A stretch of DNA of 64,000 bases from Amphiscolops sp. MND2022 (Eukaryota), in assembly GCA_964187785.1 (NCBI GenBank), contig OZ076413.1:43152001-43216000 (forward strand), given 5' to 3'. Below the pieces are notes generated by a model, which saw only the letters and a list, made by a program, of their open reading frames with translations, did not search any database and had not been told where the DNA came from. A program made the position numbers and the translations under genes. Shown here one piece after another: positions 48,701 through 59,800 of this stretch. Position 1 is the first letter of the stretch. Each line of letters opens with the position of its first letter.

Positions 48701-51700
48701 CGACAAAATGCGTGTGCGTCCTTACCTGCCTATCCAAAGAGGGTGATTTACCTAGAAACAGTTTGTTTGCTAGACACTGATTTGTGCTTGAGTTGAGTGC
48801 AATAACACGGTTCCTCGCCAGACGACGTCATCCGTGGACTATTTGGAGTGAAAATGGGATAACATTTGTTCGGGCGAATCTCGAATTAAAACAGTTTGCT
48901 TCACACTGGTGAAACGATTATATGCAAGAAAAATTGCGTCAAAAACAAATCGTCTGGAAATTCAACCCTGCAGTAGCGCCACACTTTGGGTTTCGTGGGA
49001 GCGAATGTTGAAGACATGCAAACTTGCAATTTATCAAGTACTGAATACACAAAGGCTTATTGCCGAGCTTTTAACAACTATTTTTCGCATTACTTTGTGA
49101 CTGTTGACTTTGATCATGCCGAGTTCCAATGACGCTATCATTATCAAAACATTGACACCTCATCATTTCTAGTTGGGTCGGCCGAGCATTGCTTCTCATT
49201 ATCTGCCAAATGCAAGAAATACCAGAATCACAGGGAAATGTTCCTCGTGGCTCAAGCTCACATGTACAACATGTTGTCAAATTGAATTGGTTGAACGAAT
49301 ACATTTCAGTGCACAATGTCCACCAGAATTGGGAAAAGAATGCCTCCAGCTGAAAAAAAACCATATGTGGATAATTGATCATCGTGAAAAAAGATAATTC
49401 TGTTTTACCGCTTTGGAGGAGTGAAAAAAGGTCATTTCGTTAGTGATGGCAATGTTCGTTCTTGTGATATCCTAACTCAGTTGAGAACATTGGTTTTGTT
49501 CCACTTCAGAGACACGCAGGGCCGGCAATGAAAGGGTCTAAAATTTGACATCCGAAATTGACCAACGAAACCATACCTTTTGCATGGTCATTTTTTTAAA
49601 TTCATGCAAACCAAATTACAAAATCCGTGTAAAACATACGAGTTTTCTGAGGGATTTTTGAGGTTTACCAGCAATATCTCTGTTTCTGGTGATTCAGTCC
49701 CCTCCGTTTTTCAACGCCTTGTAGCCCTCTTTATGGTTTGTAATCATCTTCAAGGTTGTATGTGAACATTTTCATTTTTAGTCCATTTGAGCCTACTCTG
49801 TAGACTCTATTTAGTCCATTTGAGCAGAAAGCGCCTAAGATAGTGTATTTACTTTACTGATCACGGGTGTGTAGTTTGTTGTTGTAAATCGGCAGATATA
49901 TTTCTCATAAGTTTATGTTTTTCGCTCAAATTATTGTTTTTATTTTGTTTGCTCTATTACTCTATGTACCTGAGATATTATCGTACAGCCATACTAGAAC
50001 AGAGAGCTTACTTCTTCGACGCAAGTTGTGATTGCCTTTAGGAGTTGAAATATTCAAATTTCATCAAGTCTAAGTTGAGTTTCCGGTGACTTGACGATTT
50101 TTTGCCAGGTATATTAGTCCCAGGGCAGTCCGATCGTTCGAGCGCTTCAGCTATTTGAATCAGCCTTCATAAAACCACGGCATTTGCAAGGATCAAGTTA
50201 ATATTCAGTAGTTACCAAGTCGTTTAGATAGTGGAAATTTAAAGGCTATAAAGATAACACTCGATCATTTTGACGAGAGTTTCAACCAAGCTAATCTGAA
50301 TGATTTTTACAAGTTTTTCCAGATAAAAATCTTTCTCTGTTTAGTTATGCATTGAAGTCAAAATAATAAAAGTGACTATTATGATCTAAATACAATACCG
50401 TTACCCTCAAGGAGATATTTTTACTGGAGATCTGTCACAGCCCGCTCCCGGTCTGGCTTGTGGTTGCAGACGACTGAAGATCGGGAGAGGACACGGAGGC
50501 AATCTGAGATTCCCCAAATCTTATTTTAACTGGTAACTTTAAAACCTTATCTTTGGAATGAACTGTGACTAAGAATACGAAAACGAACGCCCAACTTACG
50601 AAAAATTTAAACAAAATGAGAACAGAAACTAAATTGAAATAAGATGATTTCACACATCTCCGGTAGGACGTCCTTAGTGCGCCAAAATAGAAACATTCGC
50701 CACCTGAAAACTAAATTAAAACACGTCGTGAAATAAAGACCATAGACCGATCCAAACGAAAACATACCCAAAATCACCATTGGAAAAAGGACATTATCTG
50801 AATCTAAAATAGAAACTACATTGAGATGACACACTGAGATATCCACTCCTTTTCTAAGAAAGGCAGCTTAATTGCACTTTGAACAGCAATTAGTGCGGAT
50901 TAGGACGTCGGCACTGCGCTAAGTAAACAAAATAAAGAATACATGTATATTAGATGTCGGTAAAAAGCAGACTTGAAAGTATATAGTGTGACGTCACCGT
51001 TCCGTCCGCGCTCACTAGAGAACCATTCCAATTTACCGCCTATATTAGTGACACTACTTAAAATCATTCCAATTTTCCGCCATAGTGACGTCACGGTGTT
51101 GTCTTCTCGGTGCGGACTAATTCTTACTTCAAATTTGCGTCCACGTTGCGTCCACTATTCTGGACCTCTGGACCAGGCCTAATACTAATCCATCCAAAAG
51201 TTATGATGAATATCAATCAAACTAATTAGTACTAGGAATACGCTTAAAGTGCATGGTGATTTAACAAGACAATTAGTGAGGAATTTGAGGACCTACGCCA
51301 CGTTTCCGTCAAACATTTCCTTTGCCGGGTTAATTCTGCTCTAAAACTTAAGTTGAAATGGAAATTCCCGTATAATGTAGGTGAAAGTCACAGTTTATGG
51401 GCATGACGAAAGTAAATCGATAGTATTTTCGTATTGGAAATGTATTTTCATATGTTTGTATTTTGTACTACATAAAGCGTGTGCTATAACCTTGTTGTGT
51501 TTAATTGGACGCCGGTACGTCGTCGTCCCCTAATCAGGATGGTCATTGCTTTAACCCCAATGTGCATAAATTCAGAATAAATGTTTGTGTTGCTATTGTA
51601 CATTTTGTAATGGTTAAGATCTGATGATAGAAGGTTTTGAACTCTTGCTTGTTCAGAAAATCCACAAAGTGCCGTTCTCACGTCGTCAAACGTTTTTGTT

Positions 51701-54700
51701 CGAAATATTATTTTATGTGCAAGTTAAAATCTGTTGACAGAGTGTTATGTATATTCATCAAATGAATGCTAAAATAATATTAGACAACATTTGTGATTGA
51801 AATATTATTAAATTGGGGCAAAAGTCTGAATTAGACAATTTAGTCCATCAATCCATCAAGCGTCAATGTGTCGTTGTTTTATTTTGATAATCATTAACCA
51901 TTTAATTTGAAACTAATTTGAGATTGTTGCTAATTCTTTAATCTTGTTTCTCTTTCCTTCTTAGCATCATTGGAAATTACAGGGCTGAAAACATTAGTCA
52001 TAGCATTTTTTTCGAGCGAAATATCAAAATTCAGGTATTAGTTGTTCATGCCGGCGTCACCTCAGCGTCAGTTTCTTACGAACCAAAGCAGCAAAACAGG
52101 GAAATATTTCCGGTTTGACAGACTGAAGTAATATCTACTTCCTGCTTGGGAGGAAACAAAAGGACGCCGAGCTGAAATAATATGATTATGGTTGGTGACT
52201 AATACTAGATTAGATTTGCCGTGTCTCAAAATTTGACGGAATGTCGACGCAAAATTGGTAACAAAATGATTTTTGCACCGAAAATACAGGAAATGACTAA
52301 TTATTCGAAGGAAATTAGGATTTATCTCGTGATCAAATGATGCTAAGAGGGTATATATACGATGATTTTAGCTAACTAAGGGACTCAGTCTTTTGCAATT
52401 GTACATTTCAGTTGAATTTTCAATTTCACCAAACTCTTGCCTTGTTCTATCTTGTTAGAAAATATATCTGAAAGAAATCAATTCTTCAAGATCAAACTTT
52501 TCTACAAAAATGTCAACAACAAGAAGCCAGAAAAGAAGGAATGATCAGCAAAGCACCAGTGAGAACGTAAGTGAAGGCTTGATTTCACCCATAGTAGTAG
52601 GAAATTCTTGTCCCTTAAACCAGGACGATGAAGTAGCGGGGCCCTCTATCCCAAAATCCCCTCGGATTGAAAACAGCCTCTTGGAAAGTTTAAGGGCTTC
52701 CTTGAAAGAGGAAATAACATCAGAAATTAAGAATCTTCTTGTCGAATCCCAAAAAGAGATGTTGAAACTCCTAAAACCTGAAACAAGGGGAAACATTAGG
52801 GAGAACACCGAGGAAGAAGTAGAAGAGGAAACTAGAAACTTTTATACCCCTACAAAGTCAGTGAGAATAAGTTCAACTCGAAACGACCCGAGTACTAGTC
52901 GTAACAAGATCTTTCAGCGAATGCAGTGTAAAACTTCAAAACCTTTAGATTATTCAACATAATATGACTCGAGTTATCGAATTTTTTCCGTGAAAAATTG
53001 ACAATGGAGCAGGATTCCGAGAAGAAAAATTTCACTTTTCTTTAATTGAGAGTTTTCATGGTCTAGATATAATGACGTTGTACTTTGAACAGGAAGTAGA
53101 GGATCGACTACAATGAAAGAAGATCCGACCAGTCAGATCTCGTTTCAAGATGGCCAAACAGACGTGGATGGGGGAGAAGCAGGGACTGAGAATGAAGGAG
53201 AAGATTTGCAGAGTGGATACAACAATGACACACCTGAGACAGGGTAGCATGGTTCCAAAGGCGTTCAGAAAATTTGAGTAATTCCACTCTTAAGAAGTAA
53301 CCCACTCCACTAATCGGGTTTTTTTTCGAGGTTTTTGCTGTTATTCATTTACGCAAATTGTAAGCGCAACCGAAAAATCTACCATTCAACCACGTCTACT
53401 TCCACAGCTTGTGTGTACTCTTGATTATGTACTCCAATGAGGTTTCATGCACACCTCGAGCTATTTGAAGAATTAAGGACTCATTCTAGAGCTGAATTTA
53501 TTCGAGAAAAACCAACTCTAAAAATGCAGACCAGGAAAACGGCGATGATTTTTTCTCAAATTAGGGAAAAAAACTAAGCTGGTAGCAAAACTTTTCTGAT
53601 TCATTTTTTTGTGGTTTTCTCATTTTTGTGTCAAAAATGTTTTGCAGGGCGTACGGTTCCTCGGGTCCTGTAGAAGAAACAATGGGTAAACCTGACCGTA
53701 AGTTGCTTCGAATTTTCCATTCCACTCCAACTTCAGTGAAACAAAAGCTTACTGAATAGTGAAGTACTAAAATATTAGTCATAAAACGTTCGGAATATCG
53801 CAATCTGTCCTGCTGTAGTCACCTCTAGTGCGAAAAGCAACCTTGACCAGGAAACGCAGTCCTACTCATACATTAAGTTATGTTTTTATTTTGGGAGCAT
53901 TTTAGGTGCGAGCAACCTATTTAATCATAAATACCCCGTACTGTTCATGTCGCTGTCACCTCTCACCTGTCGTGAGCTTCAGTACTTTAAGTTGTCATAC
54001 CACTATTGCTCTAAAAATCGATGGTACAGCTGACAGTACGAAAATGCGATGAAAATTGTAAAAGTTGTGACATGTAATTTTTAGCCAAATTCAGTTCAAA
54101 AAAACTCATTTCAATACAATTCAGTTTTTGAAAAATTATATAATCAGTTTTGAAATGTTCGAGAGAATTTTTCTGCCAGAATTCTGAAATTAGAAAAGTG
54201 TAAGTGGACCAAAAAGTTTTAGAAAAGAAATGCTTTGAAAGAAACGCTTCATCAAAAGACGAGAGACCTTATTTAGCTGAATTTTGTTCATTTAGTCTCT
54301 TTCCGCGTACTATGTCGCTTCTTCTATAATCACTACTTCAAATCTACTTCACTGTTGCAGCTGGCATTATTTTATTTCATATTTCCATAATGTTCAAACC
54401 GTGGAATAATGCAGTATGACACTCAACCAAAAGTAGCAACAGTAATGTTTTAAGGCAAAAAATACTCGCACAACAAACGGTCACTGTTTGACGAGCAGTA
54501 TAACGAGATGGAAGAGGGAATGGAGGAAAACGAACAACATGAAGAGGGTGAAAATGAGGACAGCGAGGAAGATGATGAATTCGGGGAGGGGGACGAAGAG
54601 GATTCAGGTGCCAAGACTGCATCAGAGGCCCGTGAGGAAGCAAACGAAGAGGAAGAAGAGGAGGAAGAGGAGGAGGAAGCCGAAGAAGTAGCCCGATCTA

Positions 54701-54843
54701 ATTCCTCTTCCGGCACTTATGAATCCAAGAAACGACGTCGGTTCTCTTTTAATCAACGCGTTTTTGATCAATCATCGGTTAGACAAAGGTCTTCAAAACA
54801 AAAACACTTCATAACGCGGCACTTTTTAGTCGGCGCTTTCTGA
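24748..54843 (+). CDS. Host gene, part B (spliced): low-complexity K/E/S/D/G/Y-rich, probably disordered protein ending in a Glu-rich tract; may be continuous with part A
   Basis: Phase-compatible exons: 24748-24877 (>1), 28583-28640 (1>2), 29686-29796, 32501-32611, 37220-37420, 41461-41616 (all 2>2), 42175-42182 (2>1), 42305-42460 (1>1), 45258-~45335/45380 (1>1, donor ambiguous), 47094-47247 (1>2), 47725-47870 (2>1), 53093-53243 (1>2), 53648-53697 (2>1), 54455-54843 (1>stop). Donors such as GTAAGG, GTGAGC, GTTAGT, GTGAGT, GTAAGT. Confidence 0.7.
25907..26258 (+). repeat. 179-bp tandem duplication (2 copies)
   Basis: GGTTGTACCCTGTAGAAAAACAATATG... starts at 25907 and 26086; the copies are near-identical. 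Confidence 0.9.
26700..27290 (-). pseudogene. Possible highly decayed retrotransposon gag relic
   Basis: Broken minus-strand frame containing AIDWEKWLDLFQVAIM, resembling Gypsy gag N-termini; many stops. Confidence 0.3.
27945..28065 (+). repeat. Dispersed repeat; an inverted copy lies at 30146-30167 plus 32260-32362, split by an insertion
   Basis: ATAACGTAGTCA...GAAGCGAAGCGGAGCGACGTGCCATATG...CATACAACAAATATGCTAAT has a roughly 90% identical reverse-complement copy. Confidence 0.75.
30563..31380 (+). repeat. 176-bp satellite-like tandem array (~4.6 copies)
   Basis: GGGCTACCAAC unit starts at 30563, 30739, 30916, 31092 and 31268. Confidence 0.92.
31378..31816. repeat. Palindromic minisatellite built from AATAAGATCTAAA words
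   Basis: Four copies of AATAAGATCTAAAAT-6nt-ATTTTAGATCTTATT (about 31443, 31521, 31587, 31718), with a higher-order period of about 275 bp (31378 and 31653). Confidence 0.85.
33896..36330 (+). mobile_element. Decayed, 3'-truncated Ty3/Gypsy element (short LTR, PBS, gag-PR-RT fragments)
   Basis: TGTTC...GAACA putative LTR (33896-34050), PBS TGGCGCAGTC (tRNA-Ser-like) at 34051, gag fragments with knuckle CNNCGTKGHFAQTC, PR IDTGS, RT fragments (RPHMPN..LLNQIS); frameshifted and interrupted by HINE copy 2. Confidence 0.75.
35115..35610 (+). mobile_element. Helentron/HINE-like element, copy 2
   Basis: Same termini as copy 1 (AAACAAGCCG...CGGCGCCATATCTAAGGCTCAAAAATAGC ... GACTAAAAAA); inserted just after the protease motif. 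Confidence 0.65.
36791..37085. mobile_element. 295-bp MITE with CCCAG termini, TA-flanked
   Basis: About 38-bp TIR CCCAGCGTTTGACAT(C/T)TTGAATATCTT(A/G)CCAAGATCTT with 2 mismatches; interior made of AAGATCTTG-type words. Confidence 0.85.
38621..39181 (+). mobile_element. Helentron/HINE-like element, copy 3
   Basis: AACAAGACG...GTCGGCGATATATCTAAGGCTCAAAAAG ... GCGCCGACTAAAAA. Confidence 0.65.
39807..40230. mobile_element. Possible MITE flanked by TTAA
   Basis: Imperfect TIRs containing CAGACAAAA(G/A)CGCC and repeated GGCGCTTTT words; TTAA on both sides. Confidence 0.4.
43876..44702. mobile_element. 827-bp non-autonomous TIR element with CCCAG termini, TA-flanked
   Basis: About 47-bp TIR CCCAGGTTTTCGATCT.TGC.AATCTGTGCAGATCTGCAGGATTTTT with 2 mismatches; subterminal GCAGATCT words. 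Confidence 0.85.
46310..46822 (-). mobile_element. Helentron/HINE-like element, copy 4 (reverse orientation)
   Basis: TTTTTAGTCTGCGCTTTT ... TTTGAGCCTTAGATATGGCACCGG...GTTGTTTT. Confidence 0.6.
48130..49570 (+). pseudogene. BEL/Pao retrotransposon integrase-region relic
   Basis: Broken frames containing QPILLP, CHLENSHNG, FWILGVRNAL, CVPCKK, IWSENGITFVRANLEL, WKFNPAVAPHFG.SWERM, TPHHFLVG and SDGNVRS; these are BEL/Pao-type motifs. Confidence 0.8.
50433..52906 (+). mobile_element. Solo LTR (2,474 bp) of a second, related long-LTR Gypsy family
   Basis: TGTCACAGCC...GTAACA termini, 5-bp TSD AGATC (50428-50432 and 52907-52911), TATATATA near 52352, CRE motifs, gag-like ORF start at its 3' end. 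Confidence 0.9.
52510..52906 (+). pseudogene. LTR-encoded gag N-terminal segment (132 codons), truncated by solo-LTR formation
   Basis: MSTTRSQKRR... basic start, coiled-coil-like LLESLRASLKEEITSEIKNLL and acidic tail; parallels the segment at 4031-4373. Confidence 0.7.
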
Positions 54844-55912
54844 TTTAAAGCTTCTTCTACTATTTTGGGACTTTTTGACGACAAACGTTTTTTTTTCAGT
54901 CTTGAAATTCTAAAAATCCCACAAAATGACAAAGTGCCAAAGTCCTCTTTCCCATTTTAAACAAAATTTTTGGAATGCGTAACAAAATAGTAAAATGGAC
55001 ACGAGACAAATTTGCCGAGTTTCAGAACGAGACAAAATAACTGATTCCTAAAACAGGACAAAATAGCCAAATAATCACACTTGAGATGAAATAATCAAAG
55101 ACATAATATCCGGAGTTACCATATTCGTTGTAACAAAACACTGAATTTCCTTTCAACACAACACATTTTCGTTGTAATTTCGTAATTATTGTTTTCCTTG
55201 AACTAATTTTCTCTGATTAATCCGCGCACTTGATGTTAGAAGAAGCAAAAATTGGCAAATTTATCTTGTTTTGTAAATCAACTGTTTTGTCTCGTTTTTG
55301 AAAACAGCTGTTTTTGTTCGCTTTAAAATCGACTGTTATGTCCCGCTCTCTGCTTTCCCAGATTTCTCTTTTTTTTTCAATTTTCTGATGTTCTTAGTTG
55401 GTGCTTTTGTAACGAAAATGTTCCCGAAAAATGTAGTGACTAGATTTGCTAACTATTTTTCGCGAGACCACAGAATCACTTCTCAGCAGAGTTTGTTCTC
55501 GCCGCCAGTAGTTACTATGCGCGCTTCGCAAGCAGACGGCCGTCGGTTGGGTGTCTGCGGTGGACTAAATGTCTTTGTTTGCAAACCTTTGACGTGCCAA
55601 ATGGTCCCCCTGGGTTTTCTTATCGGCACTGTGCGTCTTTTTTTTCGAAAATCCTTTTCCCATCTAATTGGGTAGTTTTTGATGTTTTCATTATAATAAA
55701 AGCGTTTATGAGGCCACAGATTTTTCGTTCGCTTATTTTTTATCACTCTGAAAGTGGTGAAATTGTCCTAAAAGCCGTCCTTAGCATTTTAATGAAACAT
55801 TGAGCGTTCTGAACCTAATTTAAACAGGGCCCCAACGTTAGACCTCCCGTCTCTTTAGTTCCCTCTTGTTTTTCTGGCATTGTGCGACTTTGTTTTGATA
55901 ATTTTTAAGGTG

Positions 55913-56493
55913 TTTTTTAGTCGGCGCTTTTTCCCTTAAGCATAAAAGCCCGACTCTTACTGTGAGTAGTTTTTTTTTCAGCTGACAATCTCACTCTGAG
56001 TGGTCCACTTTTCTTACACTTTTCATAAATTTTTGAAAATCTCTTGATAATGGCGCAAAAGTTTGCAACGTCTTTTTACATCATCTGAAAAACTCCACGG
56101 CACCTAAGGGTACTCCCTTTGAGTACTTTTTGGCTCTGTGAGACTTTTTTTTCGAAAAAAAAATTTTTCCACAAAGGGTCCCCCCTTCAATTTTTTGGAG
56201 TTTTCCGACAGAACGGATGTTGAAAAATCCCAAAGGGTCCCCCCTTTCAGTTTTTTCGGCATCGTGAGACTTTTTCCAAAAACTTTTTTTTTCACCAAAA
56301 GTGCCCCTCCTTCAATTTTTTCTGATGATTTGCGACAGATTGGATGAAACTTGTCAAGGTGTCCCCCTGGAACGCCAATTCGGTGGAACATTTGGGTTTT
56401 TCCGGTACCGTAGAAGAGAATACTTTGACACTTTGAAGTCTTTTTGCTGTTTTTGACCCTTAGTTATGGCGCCGACTGTTTTCGGCTTGTTTT
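55913..56493 (-). mobile_element. Helentron/HINE-like element, copy 5 (reverse orientation)
   Basis: TTTTTAGTCGGCGCTTTT ... TTAGTTATGGCGCCGACTGTTTTCGGCTTGTTTT with a GCCGA/TCGGC hairpin. Confidence 0.65.
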
Positions 56494-56883
56494 ACTTTAA
56501 CAGTGAGAAAAAGGCAATTTCAAGCGCTAAATGTATTTTCGGACCAATTAAATTTTAGTTTACTTGAAAACAATTATCTTTTTAAAATTGAAATACATAT
56601 TTTCTGAGCCCAAAAAGATTCCCTGTTAAGTGTAATTTGCAGTTCCTCAAAGCTTCATAATTTACTATAAGGCAATTTCCATGTGCTCAAGAAAACTTCA
56701 TATTCGCTTTCAAAAAGCTAATTGTTTTCATGTAAACAAAAATTCAATCGGGCCGAAATTACCCTTGGCCCTTGAAAATGCATTTTTCTCACTCGGAAAT
56801 TCAAAAAACACCGACCTTACAAAATTATCAAAACAAAGTCACAGAATGCCCAAAAAAAACAAAAAGGGAACTAACGAGACGGG

Positions 56884-59800
56884 TGTTATACCGTTCTTCC
56901 GTTAGATTGACCCCTACAGTACTTCGGTTTACAAATATAGTCTGAAACTACGAGTTGTTAGTAAAGAAACTCAGAAAACAGTTTAAGTTGCAGACATACA
57001 TTATTGCAATACGTTTAGTATAGTATAGTTGCTAAATTGAAAGCATTACATTATACACTCTTTTTATACCTTAGTCTTAGAAAACAACATGGCGCAATCA
57101 GCCAGTTTCTAAATATAACAAAAAAAATTTAAGGCGGAGAAAAACAGAGTACAGAACCTAGAACACAAAGTCTTCGGACGGAAACGCGGTGTTTATACCG
57201 AGACAGTAGTTAGAACGATTCCGGCAGTTTACGAAACGCGAACATAAAATAGACATTGCAGCACTGATAAAATGAGAAGAAATCACTGAATCCGGATGGA
57301 CCGGGAAAAAACTCATTCAAGAAGATTTTGTTTGGGGATTGGGACCGGAAGCTCTATACCAAATAACTCGAGCCGAACAAAAAACGGAACCGGGCAGCAT
57401 TAAAACTGAATATTTATTCCGGTTATTCACTGAGTACTATTTACCAAAACGCAACGGCCAAAACAAACGGAAGAAGAATCACCCGAAGAATTTTGGAGAA
57501 GATTATTCGAAATCGAAAAAGATTTCAACACAATCGCAGCCGAGAAATTATTGATGTCCAAATATATGACAGCAATCACCGACAAGAAACTGCGAGACAA
57601 ACTAATGAAAGAAAAAATATTAGAACTGAAAAAGACGATCAAGCTGATCAAACAGAACACTTTCGGGAAGAACAACAGGAAAAACATAATTCACTAATTT
57701 CGGCAAAAGAAAAACACGTGATAAAAGAAGAACCGATACAAAGAATGGAAAGATTCGGTGCGCCACCAAATTATAGACCGACGGGAATTAGACCATCGAG
57801 TTGGACACCAGCACACAATGGAAACAAGTTGTACCAAATGCGGGAACAGAGGACACTATAAGAAAGTGTGCAGACAAAAAGCACCAACAACCGAACAGTG
57901 AAAAGACTAACCGAAGAAGAAACTGATGACAGAAGTGCAACATCAAGTGATTCGAACGAAAGCATCCACCCCATAAACGAAATAAAGAAAATCGAAGAGA
58001 AAATCAAACACTATACGGCAACAGTAAAGATAAAGGGGATAAAGAAACAATTTATAATCGACATCGGATCACCGATAAAATTAATGGCGCCGGACGAAGA
58101 AATCCTAAAATCAATCGGAAAACCGGAAGTTTTGAACAAATACCAAGACGTAAACCACAATGAAGAGAAATTCCGGGGAAAACTTCCGGGGAAAAATTCC
58201 GGTAAACTTAGAATACGAGAATAACAAACAAAAAATTTAAATCTTGACAACCAAAAAAACAGACATAACATTTTTACTCGGACTGAACTGGAGAAGATGA
58301 AGTGGATGAAGATTGTTTAGTATCACCGGTGGTAATAACAGTTAAAAGTGATAAATCGGTAGAGATGGCATTAGACTCACGGAAACTAAATAATAGCTGT
58401 ATCAAAATGAGACCACACATGCCCAATATTGATGAATTATTGAATCACATTTCGGTAGAGATCACACGCGACCGGACAATGCAATTGTTCATTTCTAAAA
58501 CAGGTCTAGACTACGCGTACGGACAAAAGAAATTATTCGAAGAGACAAGCCGACAATGCGTTTTCGCAATAACCGGAAGGAAATTCAGTGGATACTACCG
58601 ATTGAAAAAACTGTTCCACGGTCTTGCTGATATACCCACAATATTCCGGAAGAAATTTGACCGGAGACTCCATTACAGTACATCAGCATAAATGGATGGT
58701 TCGAGGTAAACAAGATCACGAAAGAAAAGTATTTGACATCTTGAACAAACTGGAGAAGGTGGGATACCCAGCAAGTAAAAGAAAGTCCAATTTTTTCATG
58801 AGCCGAACAAAATGGCTGGGACATGAAATCGATGAAAACGGAATTAAACCGAACTAAGAAAAAGTGGAAGCGATACTACAACTAAAACCACTGAAAAAAA
58901 AACAAAAAAAACTGATATGATTTCTCGGGGCGATACAATACATGGCAAAAATTCTACGGAAACTTTCGGAACGGACGACCGACTGAGAATATTACTGGAC
59001 AAAAATTATCCATGGATTTGGGAAAGTGAACAACGAAAAGATTTCGGAAAGATAAAAAAGATGTTAACCGAAGCACCATGTCCAATACATTTCGCGAAAG
59101 ACAAGTAAAACATAGTAACAATGGACGCTAGCACAATCGGACTCGGAATAACATTATGGCAGATGCAAGATGATGAAAACACAAAACCGATAGCATTCGG
59201 AAGCGAATATCTAAATGAAACAGGAAAGAAATATTCTATCGGTGAACTGGAATTATTAGCAGTTGTGTAGGGATTAGAAAAATTTCGATTGAATATCTAC
59301 GGAAAGAAAGTTCATCTATACATAGATCATAAAGCATTTTGAACCATTGATTAAAAGGAACCGATGTAATAAACAATATAGCGCCAGATTAACACGGTTT
59401 GTTGGACCAATTAACAAATTTTGACATATCAGTACATCATATTGCTGGTAGCAACTTCAAATTCACAAACTATCTTAGCAAAAATCCGGTAGGGGGAACC
59501 ACGTCGGAAGAAAATTACGATGAAGAATTCGTAATTAACATACTGACCGATCAAGCTGAATCGAATTGGAAATACGGATCATTATTCGCCGACCAATCGA
59601 AACGCACTGGGAACAATCAAAATTACGTGACAATAGTACTAAGACACAAAAGGAGCAAGAAAGGAGCCAATCACAAACGAATAGAACATTGGAGAACATA
59701 AGCAACGTGAACAAAACCGAAAAGATTGAAAGAACCACATCCGAGCAGTCCGATAATAGCACTCTAAATTCCAGTCGCAAACCAGCAATAGCAGATAACG

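Noticed and set aside
20500-56800. The many 60-130 aa ORFs listed in the track
   Set aside because: Apart from those coinciding with the exons or TE relics called above, they are AT-rich intron or repeat frames or antisense shadows with no motif support.
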